NCBI GenBank assembly: GCA_031549605.1
Contig: JAVBPM010000005.1
Coordinates: forward strand, 2,315 to 66,314
Source: Oscillospiraceae bacterium
Lineage (GTDB): Bacteria; Bacillota; Clostridia; Oscillospirales; UBA929
Direction of reading: 5' to 3'
DNA: 64,000 bases
The position numbers and the translations under genes are program-made. The notes beneath the pieces are model-generated. The model saw only the letters and a program-made list of their open reading frames with translations. It ran no database searches and had not been told where the DNA came from. Positions 1 through 7,447 of this stretch are shown piece after piece (within the stretch, counting starts at the first letter, position 1; every line of letters starts with the position of its first letter).

Positions 1-437
1 TCGGCCAAATCCAAGCGGCAGCTCTTGCCGTCAGCCTCGTGGGTGTAGAGAAAGTCGATGTCGGGCGCGCCTTGAATAAGCGTCAACAGCGTCGCTTTCA
101 TGTCACCCAGCGGCGGCCGGTCGATATGCGTCAGCCCAAAGCTGACGACGACCTTGGTGCCGACATCGGGCGTGCTGTCAATGAAAAAAGTGCCGTCGGA
201 CTGCTCGGCCGCCATTTTCAGCAGCGGCAACCCCATGCCCACCTTGCGCGTGGTGCGCGTTGTGGTAAAGGGGTCGGTCACACGGGCGAGAAAGTCCTTG
301 TCCATGCCGCAGCCGTTGTCCTCGACGGTCAGTGTCAGCAGCCCGTCGCGCTCGGCCAGCGCAATCACAATGCGCGTCGCCTTGGCGGTGATGCTGTTGC
401 TGACAATATCAAGGATGTGAAGCGACAGTTCCTTCAT
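1..437 (-). CDS. GHKL (HATPase_c)-type ATP-binding protein, C-terminally truncated by the window edge; usual partner of NuoE/NuoF-type hydrogenase operons
   Basis: Absent from the ORF track because it runs off the left edge. My reverse-strand translation from ATG 437-435 reads MKELSLHILDIVSNSITAKATRIVIALAERDGLLTLTVEDNGCGMD...GMGLPLL. It shows the N-box (LDIVxNSIxA) and DxGxG box of GHKL ATPases. TAATG stop/start overlap with the upstream gene. Confidence 0.7.
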   Translation of the reverse strand, partial: MKELSLHILDIVSNSITAKATRIVIALAERDGLLTLTVEDNGCGMDKDFLARVTDPFTTTRTTRKVGMGLPLLKMAAEQSDGTFFIDSTPDVGTKVVVSFGLTHIDRPPLGDMKATLLTLIQGAPDIDFLYTHEADGKSCRLDLA

Positions 438-931
438 TATTTATATTTGGCCAAAATGCCATCGACCTCATCGGGCAGAATGCGCCCGTAGACGTCACCG
501 TCGACAATCATGACCGGAGCCAGACCACAGGCGCCGACACAGCGTGTAGCGTCGATGGAAAACTGGCCGTCAGGCGTGATAGACCCGGCCTTGCAGCCGA
601 GATTGCGCTCCACGCGCTCAAGCAGGTCGCCGGCACCCTTGACATAGCAAGCAGTACCCATACAGACGCTGACCTGGTGCGTGCCCTTGGGGTTGACGGT
701 GAACTGCGTGTAAAACGAGACAACACCATACAACTCGGACACCGAAACATTGATTTCCTCGCTGATGATACGGAGCACTTCTTCGGGCAAATAGCCGTAG
801 ATTTCCTGCGCCTGCTGCAAGATGGGCATGACCAGACCCGGCGTGTTGCGGTTCTGCTCAATGACCTCACGCAGCTTAGCCTCCTGCTCCTTCGTGCCGG
901 TAAAAGGCACTAGCGTTTTTTGGTTGGGCAT
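437..931 (-). CDS. NuoE/HndA-like [2Fe-2S] thioredoxin-fold subunit (NADH dehydrogenase 24 kDa / [FeFe]-hydrogenase small subunit family)
   Basis: 164-aa ORF with Cys pattern VCMGTAC ... RCVGACGLAP typical of NuoE. AAGGAGG RBS upstream of ATG 931. Confidence 0.85.
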   Translation of the reverse strand: MPNQKTLVPFTGTKEQEAKLREVIEQNRNTPGLVMPILQQAQEIYGYLPEEVLRIISEEINVSVSELYGVVSFYTQFTVNPKGTHQVSVCMGTACYVKGAGDLLERVERNLGCKAGSITPDGQFSIDATRCVGACGLAPVMIVDGDVYGRILPDEVDGILAKYK

Positions 932-969
932 CGTTCATCCTCCTTGTTTATAACACTCCAGCCAGTATA

Positions 970-1665
970 TCATAGCGCCCTCAGGGCGTCAATGACAGCT
1001 TTCGGGGTTTTTTCCGCAATTACCAGCCGATTTTCAGCGTCGGGGATGGCGCTGAGATCATGCGCATCGCTGCTGCTAATAAACGGCAGCGGCGCGACAA
1101 AATCCTCGGGCGCATAGCGCGACACCTCCACAACGGAAAAGCCCATCTCCTCGTCGATAAAGCCGAGGTTGGCCAACAGCGAAAACGACGCGCGGTCGAT
1201 GTGCGCCGGTATGGCAATGCCGTTGTAGTGCGCCGCCAACGCAGCCACCTCGTAGCAGTTGATGGCCGTGGCATTGCTGAGCATACGCGACAACTCGCCA
1301 CGCACGGCATCGGCGTCATCCATCAACAGCTGATGACCGAAAATGTCGGGCTGGTTGTCGATATTGGGCAGGCGACTGTACACGTAGTCAGAGAATGCCT
1401 CAGCATCCTCCAGCGTGGCGAACAGGCAGAGCACGTGCACCTCCTCCTCGGTCGTCAGCTCCAGCCCGGGCACAAAAATCACGCCCGCCACCTTAGCAGC
1501 AATGGCCGCCGCTCGGCAGTTGGCGGCACTGTTGTGGTCGGTCAGCGCCACGATGTCATAGCCGCACAGCGCACACATATTCACGGCGTTGTACGGTGTC
1601 ATATCGTCGGCGCCGCAGGGCGACAGACAGGAGTGCATATGTAGATTGTAGGTCAACGCCGGCAT
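970..1665 (-). CDS. PHP-domain phosphoesterase
   Basis: N-terminal LHMHSCLSPCG...ALTDHNS and C-terminal SSSDAH metal-binding His/Asp motifs of the PHP fold. Start moved to ATG 1665, preceded by GGAGG. Same operon direction as the NuoE-like gene. Confidence 0.8.
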   Translation of the reverse strand: MPALTYNLHMHSCLSPCGADDMTPYNAVNMCALCGYDIVALTDHNSAANCRAAAIAAKVAGVIFVPGLELTTEEEVHVLCLFATLEDAEAFSDYVYSRLPNIDNQPDIFGHQLLMDDADAVRGELSRMLSNATAINCYEVAALAAHYNGIAIPAHIDRASFSLLANLGFIDEEMGFSVVEVSRYAPEDFVAPLPFISSSDAHDLSAIPDAENRLVIAEKTPKAVIDALRAL

Positions 1666-1786
1666 TGGGTTGCCTCCTCTGCTTGTCCTCAATTATAACA
1701 CAGCGCATTCCATTCTGCAAAGCCAAATACAGGGGCTGGTCGCCTTGCGTTTCAATAATAATTTATCGTTTATCAATAAATTTTTA

Positions 1787-1815
1787 TTGACATGCGCAAT
1801 GCGGCGCGCTATACT
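1787..1815 (+). promoter_or_regulatory. sigma-70-type promoter for the DUF2975/HTH/membrane cassette
   Basis: TTGACA (1787-1792), 17-nt spacer, TATACT (1810-1815), about 20 nt upstream of the GGAGGG RBS and GTG 1838. Lies in an AT-rich divergent intergenic region. Confidence 0.55.
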
Positions 1816-1837
1816 GTCGGCGAATGGAGGGACTATA

Positions 1838-2320
1838 GTGAAACTGTGCAAACTACTGATCGGCGTGTTTGCCGCCGCCATTGTCGCCATACTAGCCATC
1901 ATGTGCTTTGCGCCAGCGCTGGTGCGGTGGCGTGTCGACATTCTCAACGGGCTGCCGGTCGTCTACCGCGAGCCGGTTGTTCAAACGCTGGTATTTTACA
2001 TTGTCGCCGGTTTGCTGGCCGCGCTAACGCTGGGCTGCGGGCTGCGCGTGCTGCTCAACATCAGCTGCGGCGAGATTTTCGTGGCAAAAAACGCAACGGC
2101 CTGTCATGTCGCCGCTGTGGCCGTTTTTTCCATCGGCGGCGCGGCGTTTGTACGCATGCTGCTGCGCATGGCCGACTACGCCGACGCGGCCGCCGTGCTG
2201 CTGGAATACAACACGCTGGTCGCACCCGCCGCCGCCGTGGCCGGCTTGATGCTGCTGCTGTTTGGTCAAATCTTTGCACAATCGGCGCAGCTCAAGCAGG
2301 ACAACGACTTGGTGATATAG
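1838..2320 (+). CDS. DUF2975-like small integral membrane protein
   Basis: GTG 1838 preceded by GGAGGG. Four hydrophobic helices. Followed after 1 nt by a YozG-type HTH gene, the usual DUF2975/HTH pairing (family recalled, not searched). Confidence 0.6.
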   Translation: MKLCKLLIGVFAAAIVAILAIMCFAPALVRWRVDILNGLPVVYREPVVQTLVFYIVAGLLAALTLGCGLRVLLNISCGEIFVAKNATACHVAAVAVFSIGGAAFVRMLLRMADYADAAAVLLEYNTLVAPAAAVAGLMLLLFGQIFAQSAQLKQDNDLVI

Positions 2321-2321
2321 C

Positions 2322-2540
2322 ATGGCGATTATAGTCAATCTCGATGTCGTCATGGCCCAGCGTAAAATCGGGCTGATGGAGCTGGCACAAAAGCTGGACA
2401 TGACGCCGGCAAACCTGTCTATTCTGAAGAAAAACCATGCGCGCGCCATCCGCTTTTCCACGCTGGATGCACTGTGCCGCGCGCTTGACTGCAACGTTGA
2501 GGACATTCTGGTCTATCAAGAGGAGGATGCGTCGTTATGA
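2322..2540 (+). CDS. XRE (Cro/C1) family helix-turn-helix transcriptional regulator, YozG-like
   Basis: 72 aa. MAQRKIGLMELAQKLDMTPANLSILKKN is a classic HTH_3-type motif. Confidence 0.85.
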   Translation: MAIIVNLDVVMAQRKIGLMELAQKLDMTPANLSILKKNHARAIRFSTLDALCRALDCNVEDILVYQEEDASL

Positions 2541-3985
2541 ACAACCAGCCCAGCCCTTACAACGGCAACGCCAATGTGCCGTTTATCGCCAAGCCGCCAA
2601 CCGTGCCACAACCGCGCGAGTGTCTGTTTGTCATACTCACCTTTGCGCTCTGCTTGCTAACCGTCAACGTTTTCTGGCTTGGCCCACTGCCGCGTCTCGG
2701 CATTCCACTGCTGCTGCTCATTGCTATCGCGCTGTTTTTCCTCTATGCCGGCCGGCCGCTGGCGCAATACAACCGTAGCGGCCTGCTGCTACTGGCCGCC
2801 AGCGTTGCCAACGCGCTGCCGTTCGTGCTTAACGCCAACACGGCGCTCTACCCCATCCGGCTGCTGCTGGTGCAGCTGCTGGCTGCTATCGGCATCACGC
2901 TGGCTGTCAGCCCGTCGGCCGGCGGATTGGCTACGCCGACCGACGCGGCACACGCCGGCGGTGAGGCAATACGCCGCACATTTACCAACGTCAATAAGCC
3001 GGTACGCGTCTTTTTTGGTCTTAAAATCAAGGGCACCGTTGCCAAGGTACTGACCGGCCTGCTGATTGCCGTGCCGGTTGTCATTGTGGTCGTCGTGCTG
3101 CTGTCCTCGGCTGATACCGCCTTTGGCAAGGCCATTGTCGGCATCTTCGGCTCGCTGGCCAAATGGAACAGCGACCGCGTGCCGACTGTCATTTTCGCCT
3201 TGCTGCTCACCTTTCCGCTGTTCAGCTTTTTGTACAGCAACCGCCATGCCGACAGTCTAAATCCGCTGCAATGGCAGGAAAAACGAACGCCACAGAGCGA
3301 CGGCGTCATCGTATTGACGATCATAGCGCTACTCTGTCTGCTCTACGCTTTTTTTGCCGCGTTTCAAATGACCTACCTGTTCGCCAACCGTCCGCCGGTC
3401 GGCTTCTCCTATTCCGACTACGCGCGGCGCGGCTTTTTTGAGCTGACCGCTGTCACCGCCATCAACGTCGTGCTACTCCTGAGCGCAATTGTCTCGATAC
3501 GGCCGGACGGGCGCGGTTACAAGCTGCTGAAGCTGCTGGGCAGCGCCATGCTGGCGCTGACACTGGTCATTTTGGCCTCGGCTGTCTATCGCATGGTTCT
3601 ATACGTCCAGGCCGGTGGCTTCACACTGCTGCGCTTCCTCGTCTTCTGGGGCGAGCTGGTCATGCTGCTTACGCTTGTCATGACCGCCATCAAGCTGTGG
3701 CGGCCACGCGTGCACATCTTCCGCGCGCTAACCGGGCTGTGGCTGGGCGGCTTCCTGCTGCTCAATCTGTGCAACATCGACGCGCGCATCGCCGACATCA
3801 ATGTCGCGCTACACAACAGCGGCCATCTGCCCAACATCGACCTCGAGTATATGTCCACGTTGAGCATCGACGCCGTTCCGGCACTGCAGCGGTTGCCCGC
3901 CAGCGATCAGTGCGGCGACGCCATTCGGAGCATCCAACTGCACGAAAAGGAACAGCGCGTCAGCCTGTGGGACTGGCACTTCTAG
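2537..3985 (+). CDS. polytopic membrane protein (DUF4153/DUF4173-like)
   Basis: 482-aa ORF with an ATGA overlap on the HTH gene and at least 10 hydrophobic segments. The family name is recalled from this three-gene cassette and is not verified. Confidence 0.65.
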   Translation: MNNQPSPYNGNANVPFIAKPPTVPQPRECLFVILTFALCLLTVNVFWLGPLPRLGIPLLLLIAIALFFLYAGRPLAQYNRSGLLLLAASVANALPFVLNANTALYPIRLLLVQLLAAIGITLAVSPSAGGLATPTDAAHAGGEAIRRTFTNVNKPVRVFFGLKIKGTVAKVLTGLLIAVPVVIVVVVLLSSADTAFGKAIVGIFGSLAKWNSDRVPTVIFALLLTFPLFSFLYSNRHADSLNPLQWQEKRTPQSDGVIVLTIIALLCLLYAFFAAFQMTYLFANRPPVGFSYSDYARRGFFELTAVTAINVVLLLSAIVSIRPDGRGYKLLKLLGSAMLALTLVILASAVYRMVLYVQAGGFTLLRFLVFWGELVMLLTLVMTAIKLWRPRVHIFRALTGLWLGGFLLLNLCNIDARIADINVALHNSGHLPNIDLEYMSTLSIDAVPALQRLPASDQCGDAIRSIQLHEKEQRVSLWDWHF

Positions 3986-4035
3986 CCAAAACCGAACAGC
4001 GCGGCATCGGCCTTCTCGGCCGGTGCCGTTTGCCT

Positions 4036-4380
4036 TTAGACCCTCAGCAAGGCGTGCAGCTGGGTGGCCAGCGTGTAGGCGTCGGCGTCGGCAGTAAACA
4101 GCGCAATGCCCTTTTCCAGCGCGCGCGCGCGCAACGCCTCGTCGGGCGTCACGCCCTCGGCCAGCACGACACAAGCGACGTCGGCCAGCAGCGCGACAGC
4201 CGCCACATTGGCGTTCTGCATCACGGTTATCCACACACTGTCGGCGGGCGCGCGGCCCATCACCCAGCTCAGCAAATCGCCGATATAGCAGCCGGTTACC
4301 TCGCGGTCGGGTTCGGGCACCGGCACCTGCTCTTTGAGCGCCAAAGCCTGGCACAACTGTTGTACGGTCACAACCATCAC
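4036..4380 (-). CDS. DRTGG domain protein (hydrogenase-cluster accessory type)
   Basis: 114 aa. REVTGCYIGDLLSWVMGRA...VWITVMQNANVAAVALL...GVTPDE...EKGIAL matches the roughly 110-aa DRTGG proteins found next to PHP/HATPase/NuoE genes in Clostridia and Thermotogae. Confidence 0.7.
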   Translation of the reverse strand: MMVVTVQQLCQALALKEQVPVPEPDREVTGCYIGDLLSWVMGRAPADSVWITVMQNANVAAVALLADVACVVLAEGVTPDEALRARALEKGIALFTADADAYTLATQLHALLRV

Positions 4381-4448
4381 TCCTTATTGCCATTATACCA
4401 CATCGACACCGTGATGCAACGCAAACCGTTCAGGCGGCCTGCGAGAAA

Positions 4449-4755
4449 GAGACCCGCTGCTGTGCAGCGGGTCTCTCAGACTGTCAAAAAAGCGCGCACC
4501 GTAAAACCAGCGTCAGAAAAAGGAGAAACCGGCGACGCAAAGCTGTGTCTTGATTCTCGGCTAACAATTTTGCGGCGCACCGATAAGGTCGCTGCGCCGC
4601 AATGGTTTTACTTGCTGCAGAAACGCTGTCCTAGCGTACCATCGTACGCCGAAGGACAGCGTTTCTTTGCCTGCGCACTTCTTTGTCAGTTTGTCAGCGT
4701 GCCAAAAACAAGTTTTTTGACACGCTGCGAGACACGCTGCTGTGCAGCGGGTCTC
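4449..4755 (+). mobile_element. MITE-like non-coding element, copy 1 (core 4477-4728) with flanking duplicated 27-bp terminator hairpin (4449-4475 and 4729-4755)
   Basis: Core shares its first 33 nt exactly, and about 150 nt nearly exactly, with the copies at 34318-34570 and 59397-59631. Imperfect terminal inverted repeats are CAGACTGTCAAAAAA / TTTTTTGACACGCTG. Confidence 0.7.
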
Positions 4756-4776
4756 TTTCGCGCAAAACGGCTTCAA

Positions 4777-5181
4777 TCAGGACGGGTTGATTGGCTGTAA
4801 AATGGCACTGAGCGGAGTGTTATAGGCTAAAATATTGACAAATTTTATCGAGTAGAGATCACATAAAATGGTGTGGCTGTTGTCAATGGCACCCAGCAGG
4901 ATGTAGTTGGCGCCCACGCTGAGCAGATAGCCGGTGCGGTCGTTGAGCACGTCGCCAATCAAAAATTCAACGCGCATCAGCTTGCCCAGCTGCGTGCGCA
5001 TAAAGCCGGGCGTGTACAGCGGGCTGGTCAGTGTCTCGGGCATCGACGCCAAATCAATTGTTAGCGGCGCCTGGATGTCGGTCACCGGCGGCATAATCAT
5101 ATTGGTGCCTGGCACCGGCGACATGGTGCCCGGCGTCATCATGGTCGGCGGCAAAACGGGTGGGGTAGCGGTGGGATTCAT
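4777..5181 (-). CDS. gerQ: spore coat protein GerQ-like
   Basis: Pro/Thr/Met-rich N-terminus. C-terminal GKLMRVEFLIG...GYLLSVGANYILL...CDLYSIKFV resembles the GerQ/YwdL core. Sits directly downstream of a cwlJ-like gene, and CwlJ is functionally linked to GerQ in Bacillus. Confidence 0.6.
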   Translation of the reverse strand: MNPTATPPVLPPTMMTPGTMSPVPGTNMIMPPVTDIQAPLTIDLASMPETLTSPLYTPGFMRTQLGKLMRVEFLIGDVLNDRTGYLLSVGANYILLGAIDNSHTILCDLYSIKFVNILAYNTPLSAILQPINPS

Positions 5182-5199
5182 ACAAGACTTCCTCCAAAA

Positions 5200-5640
5200 C
5201 TATGTTTTTGCATACAGCGGCGTGGGTCGGTAGAAGCAATGGTCGTTGATGTCGGTGTGATACACACCGCTCTTGTTGTACGGAAAATAGGGAATACACG
5301 GCGCGTAGGGATTGAAGTACCACAGGCTGTTGCCGGTCTCGCCCAACCGCTGGCCGGCCAACGCCCAATCGGCGATTTGATAGTGAATGGGCTCGGGGTT
5401 CATATTGTAAATGTTCTGCGGGTTGTACTTGCCGCCCAGTGTCTCGGTCGCGCAGTCAAACTGCCCCGGCTGAAACACCACGCGTTGCAGGCTGCCCTGC
5501 CCTACGCGCAAGTATTCACCGGTATCGGCGTGGACACGGTTCATCACCACACTGGCCACACCGCGCATCCCGTTGTCGCCCTCGCCGCCCGCTTCACATT
5601 TAATGAGCCGCGCCAGCAGCTCTCGATCACTGAATGCCAT
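5200..5640 (-). CDS. cwlJ: spore cortex-lytic cell wall hydrolase, SleB/CwlJ (Hydrolase_2) family
   Basis: LIKCEAGGEG...GVASVVMNRV...FQPGQF motifs. AAGGAGG RBS before ATG 5640. Confidence 0.85.
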   Translation of the reverse strand: MAFSDRELLARLIKCEAGGEGDNGMRGVASVVMNRVHADTGEYLRVGQGSLQRVVFQPGQFDCATETLGGKYNPQNIYNMNPEPIHYQIADWALAGQRLGETGNSLWYFNPYAPCIPYFPYNKSGVYHTDINDHCFYRPTPLYAKT

Positions 5641-5705
5641 GTGCCGACCTCCTTAGGTTTCAACCCAGTCTATGTCGAACGCAGACCTTCTGCCACAGTA
5701 GACAA

Positions 5706-5740
5706 CGGGGCGGACGCAACCAACAGTTGCGCCCGCCCCG
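5706..5740 (-). terminator. GC-rich stem-loop between the vWA gene and cwlJ (possible operon terminator/attenuator)
   Basis: CGGGGCGGACGCAACC-AAC-AGTTGCGCCCGCCCCG. The apex is a near copy of the iterated GCAACC-N3-GGTTGC palindrome. The downstream U-tract on the minus strand is weak. Confidence 0.3.
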
Positions 5741-5756
5741 TATCATCTTTTGTGTC

Positions 5757-6917
5757 TCACTCGTCCTGTGTCAACGACTCTTTTTTCAACGCGCGTTCCA
5801 GCAGCTGCGGCAGCCTATTGGGCGTACAGGCAAAACAGGGGATGCCCAACACGGCAATGCGCTTGGCCGAGGCATGATCATAGGCGGGGTGCCCACGGTC
5901 GCTGAGCGCCGTCAGCACAATAACAGTAACACCGCTCTGCTGCAAATCCTCCAGCTGGGCATACAGCTGTGCCTGATTGCCGCCCTCATAGAGGTCAGTC
6001 AACAAGATGAAGACCGTGTCCTGCGGCTGCTCTATCAACTGCCGGCAATAGCCAACGCAGCCGTTGATGTCGGTTCCGCCACCCAGCTGCACGCCATACA
6101 GCATATCAACCGGGTCGTCGCCGCACTGCTCGGTTAAATCAACAACGGCGGTATCAAAGGCGACAACGTGCGTTTTCAGCGCCGCCATCGAGGCCAGCAC
6201 CGCACCGCACACGGCACCGTAGACAACCGATTCGGCCATCGAGCCCGACTGGTCCATGGCCAACACCACCGTCCACTTGCTGCTGCGCCGCGCTCTGTCA
6301 AAAAAGTAGACGCGCTCGGGCACAAGGCGGCGTAGCCCCACATTATAGCTTCTGAGGTTCTTGCCAATCGTAGTTTTCCAGTCGATGCTCGCCGCGTGGG
6401 GTATCGGGCTGTGCGCGCGTCGATTGACAGCGCCGGACACCGCCTGCTTCAGCTGACTCTCCAGCCGCTGATTAATATCGTCGACAACGGCCTGCACCAC
6501 TTGACGCGCCACCGCTTTGGTCTGCTCGGGCACCTTGTCCTTCAGCGCCATCAGCGTTGTCACAATGGCCATGTCCGGCTTGACCGCCGCCAGTGTCTCT
6601 GGCTCCAGCAACAGCTGTTTTAGGCCGCGACGCTCCATGGCATCGGCTTGCAGCACACTGACAACATCGCGTGGAAAGCAGCGGCGCACATCGGCCAACC
6701 ACCGCGCGATATAGGGCGCGCTGGCCTCGCGGCTGGCACTGCGCTGTTCGTCGTCTCCGTAGCGAAAGCCCTGCTGCGTCTCGTCGTAAATGGCGGCCAG
6801 CGCTTGGTCCATCAGGCGCTGCTCGCCGCTCAGCGGCGGTGCGCCCTGTTGGTCAAACCAGTCATCGACCTGCGGCCCCAGCAGCAGGCGCCAACGCGTC
6901 AGGTCAGCACCGCTCAT
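5757..6917 (-). CDS. von Willebrand factor A (vWA) domain protein, YehP-like
   Basis: 386 aa. MIDAS VVLAMDQSGSM ... GGGTD ... LLTDLYEGG. ATGA overlap (6914-6917) with the upstream PRTase gene. Confidence 0.85.
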   Translation of the reverse strand: MSGADLTRWRLLLGPQVDDWFDQQGAPPLSGEQRLMDQALAAIYDETQQGFRYGDDEQRSASREASAPYIARWLADVRRCFPRDVVSVLQADAMERRGLKQLLLEPETLAAVKPDMAIVTTLMALKDKVPEQTKAVARQVVQAVVDDINQRLESQLKQAVSGAVNRRAHSPIPHAASIDWKTTIGKNLRSYNVGLRRLVPERVYFFDRARRSSKWTVVLAMDQSGSMAESVVYGAVCGAVLASMAALKTHVVAFDTAVVDLTEQCGDDPVDMLYGVQLGGGTDINGCVGYCRQLIEQPQDTVFILLTDLYEGGNQAQLYAQLEDLQQSGVTVIVLTALSDRGHPAYDHASAKRIAVLGIPCFACTPNRLPQLLERALKKESLTQDE

Positions 6918-7432
6918 TCTTCAATCAATATGGCGTCGACAAAGTTGTCGTCGACCCAGCTGCGGGTGTGCTCATTCAATGCCATACCAATGGTCGCCAC
7001 GCCGGCAATGGCCACCTCCTCGGCATCGAGCAGCCGCAGTGCCGCGCGCACCTGTGCGCCGCTTTGAATCCACTCGTCGACCAGTACAACGCGGCTACCG
7101 CGCGGAATGCTGCCGCGCACAGCGCACAGCGTTTGTGACTGCCCCGTCGAATCGACGTAGCTGTCGCTAATCAATTCCTCCTCGCGGTAGGGCAGCTTGC
7201 CGCCCTTGCGCAAGGCGATAAACCCGACGTGCAGGCGTGCCGCCATCGCCGCGCCGAGGATCCAGCCCAGCGCCTCAGGAGCGGCCACATAGTCGACCTC
7301 GCCGTAGTAACCGGCGCTCAGCCGGTAGACAATGGCCTCAAAAAGCTGCGGCCGTTGAAACAGCGGCAGCAAGTCGTTGCGCCCAACCGTATTGCCCGGC
7401 AGCAATATCTTAATCTGTTCACGTAGATCCAC
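6914..7432 (-). CDS. type I phosphoribosyltransferase, adenine-PRTase (Apt)-like with a divergent PRPP loop
   Basis: 172 aa. VDYVAAPEALGWILGAAMAARLHVGFIALRKGGKLP aligns with the Apt core. The PRPP motif reads RVVLVDEWIQSGAQ instead of VDDLLATGGT. GTG start preceded by AAGGAGGG right after the upstream stop. Confidence 0.8.
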   Translation of the reverse strand: MDLREQIKILLPGNTVGRNDLLPLFQRPQLFEAIVYRLSAGYYGEVDYVAAPEALGWILGAAMAARLHVGFIALRKGGKLPYREEELISDSYVDSTGQSQTLCAVRGSIPRGSRVVLVDEWIQSGAQVRAALRLLDAEEVAIAGVATIGMALNEHTRSWVDDNFVDAILIEE

Positions 7433-7447
7433 AACAAGCCCTCCTTT

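Noticed and set aside
39-491. Plus-strand ORFs 39-491 and 100-420 at the left edge
   Set aside because: The opposite strand encodes a GHKL ATPase with clear N-box and G-box motifs, translationally coupled to the NuoE-like gene. The plus-strand frames have no RBS or motifs.
3697-4800. 367-aa plus-strand ORF spanning 3697-4800
   Set aside because: It runs through the 3' end of the membrane-protein gene, is antisense to the DRTGG gene, and crosses the whole MITE including its hairpins. The composition is Arg/Ala/Gly-rich, so it is an artefact.
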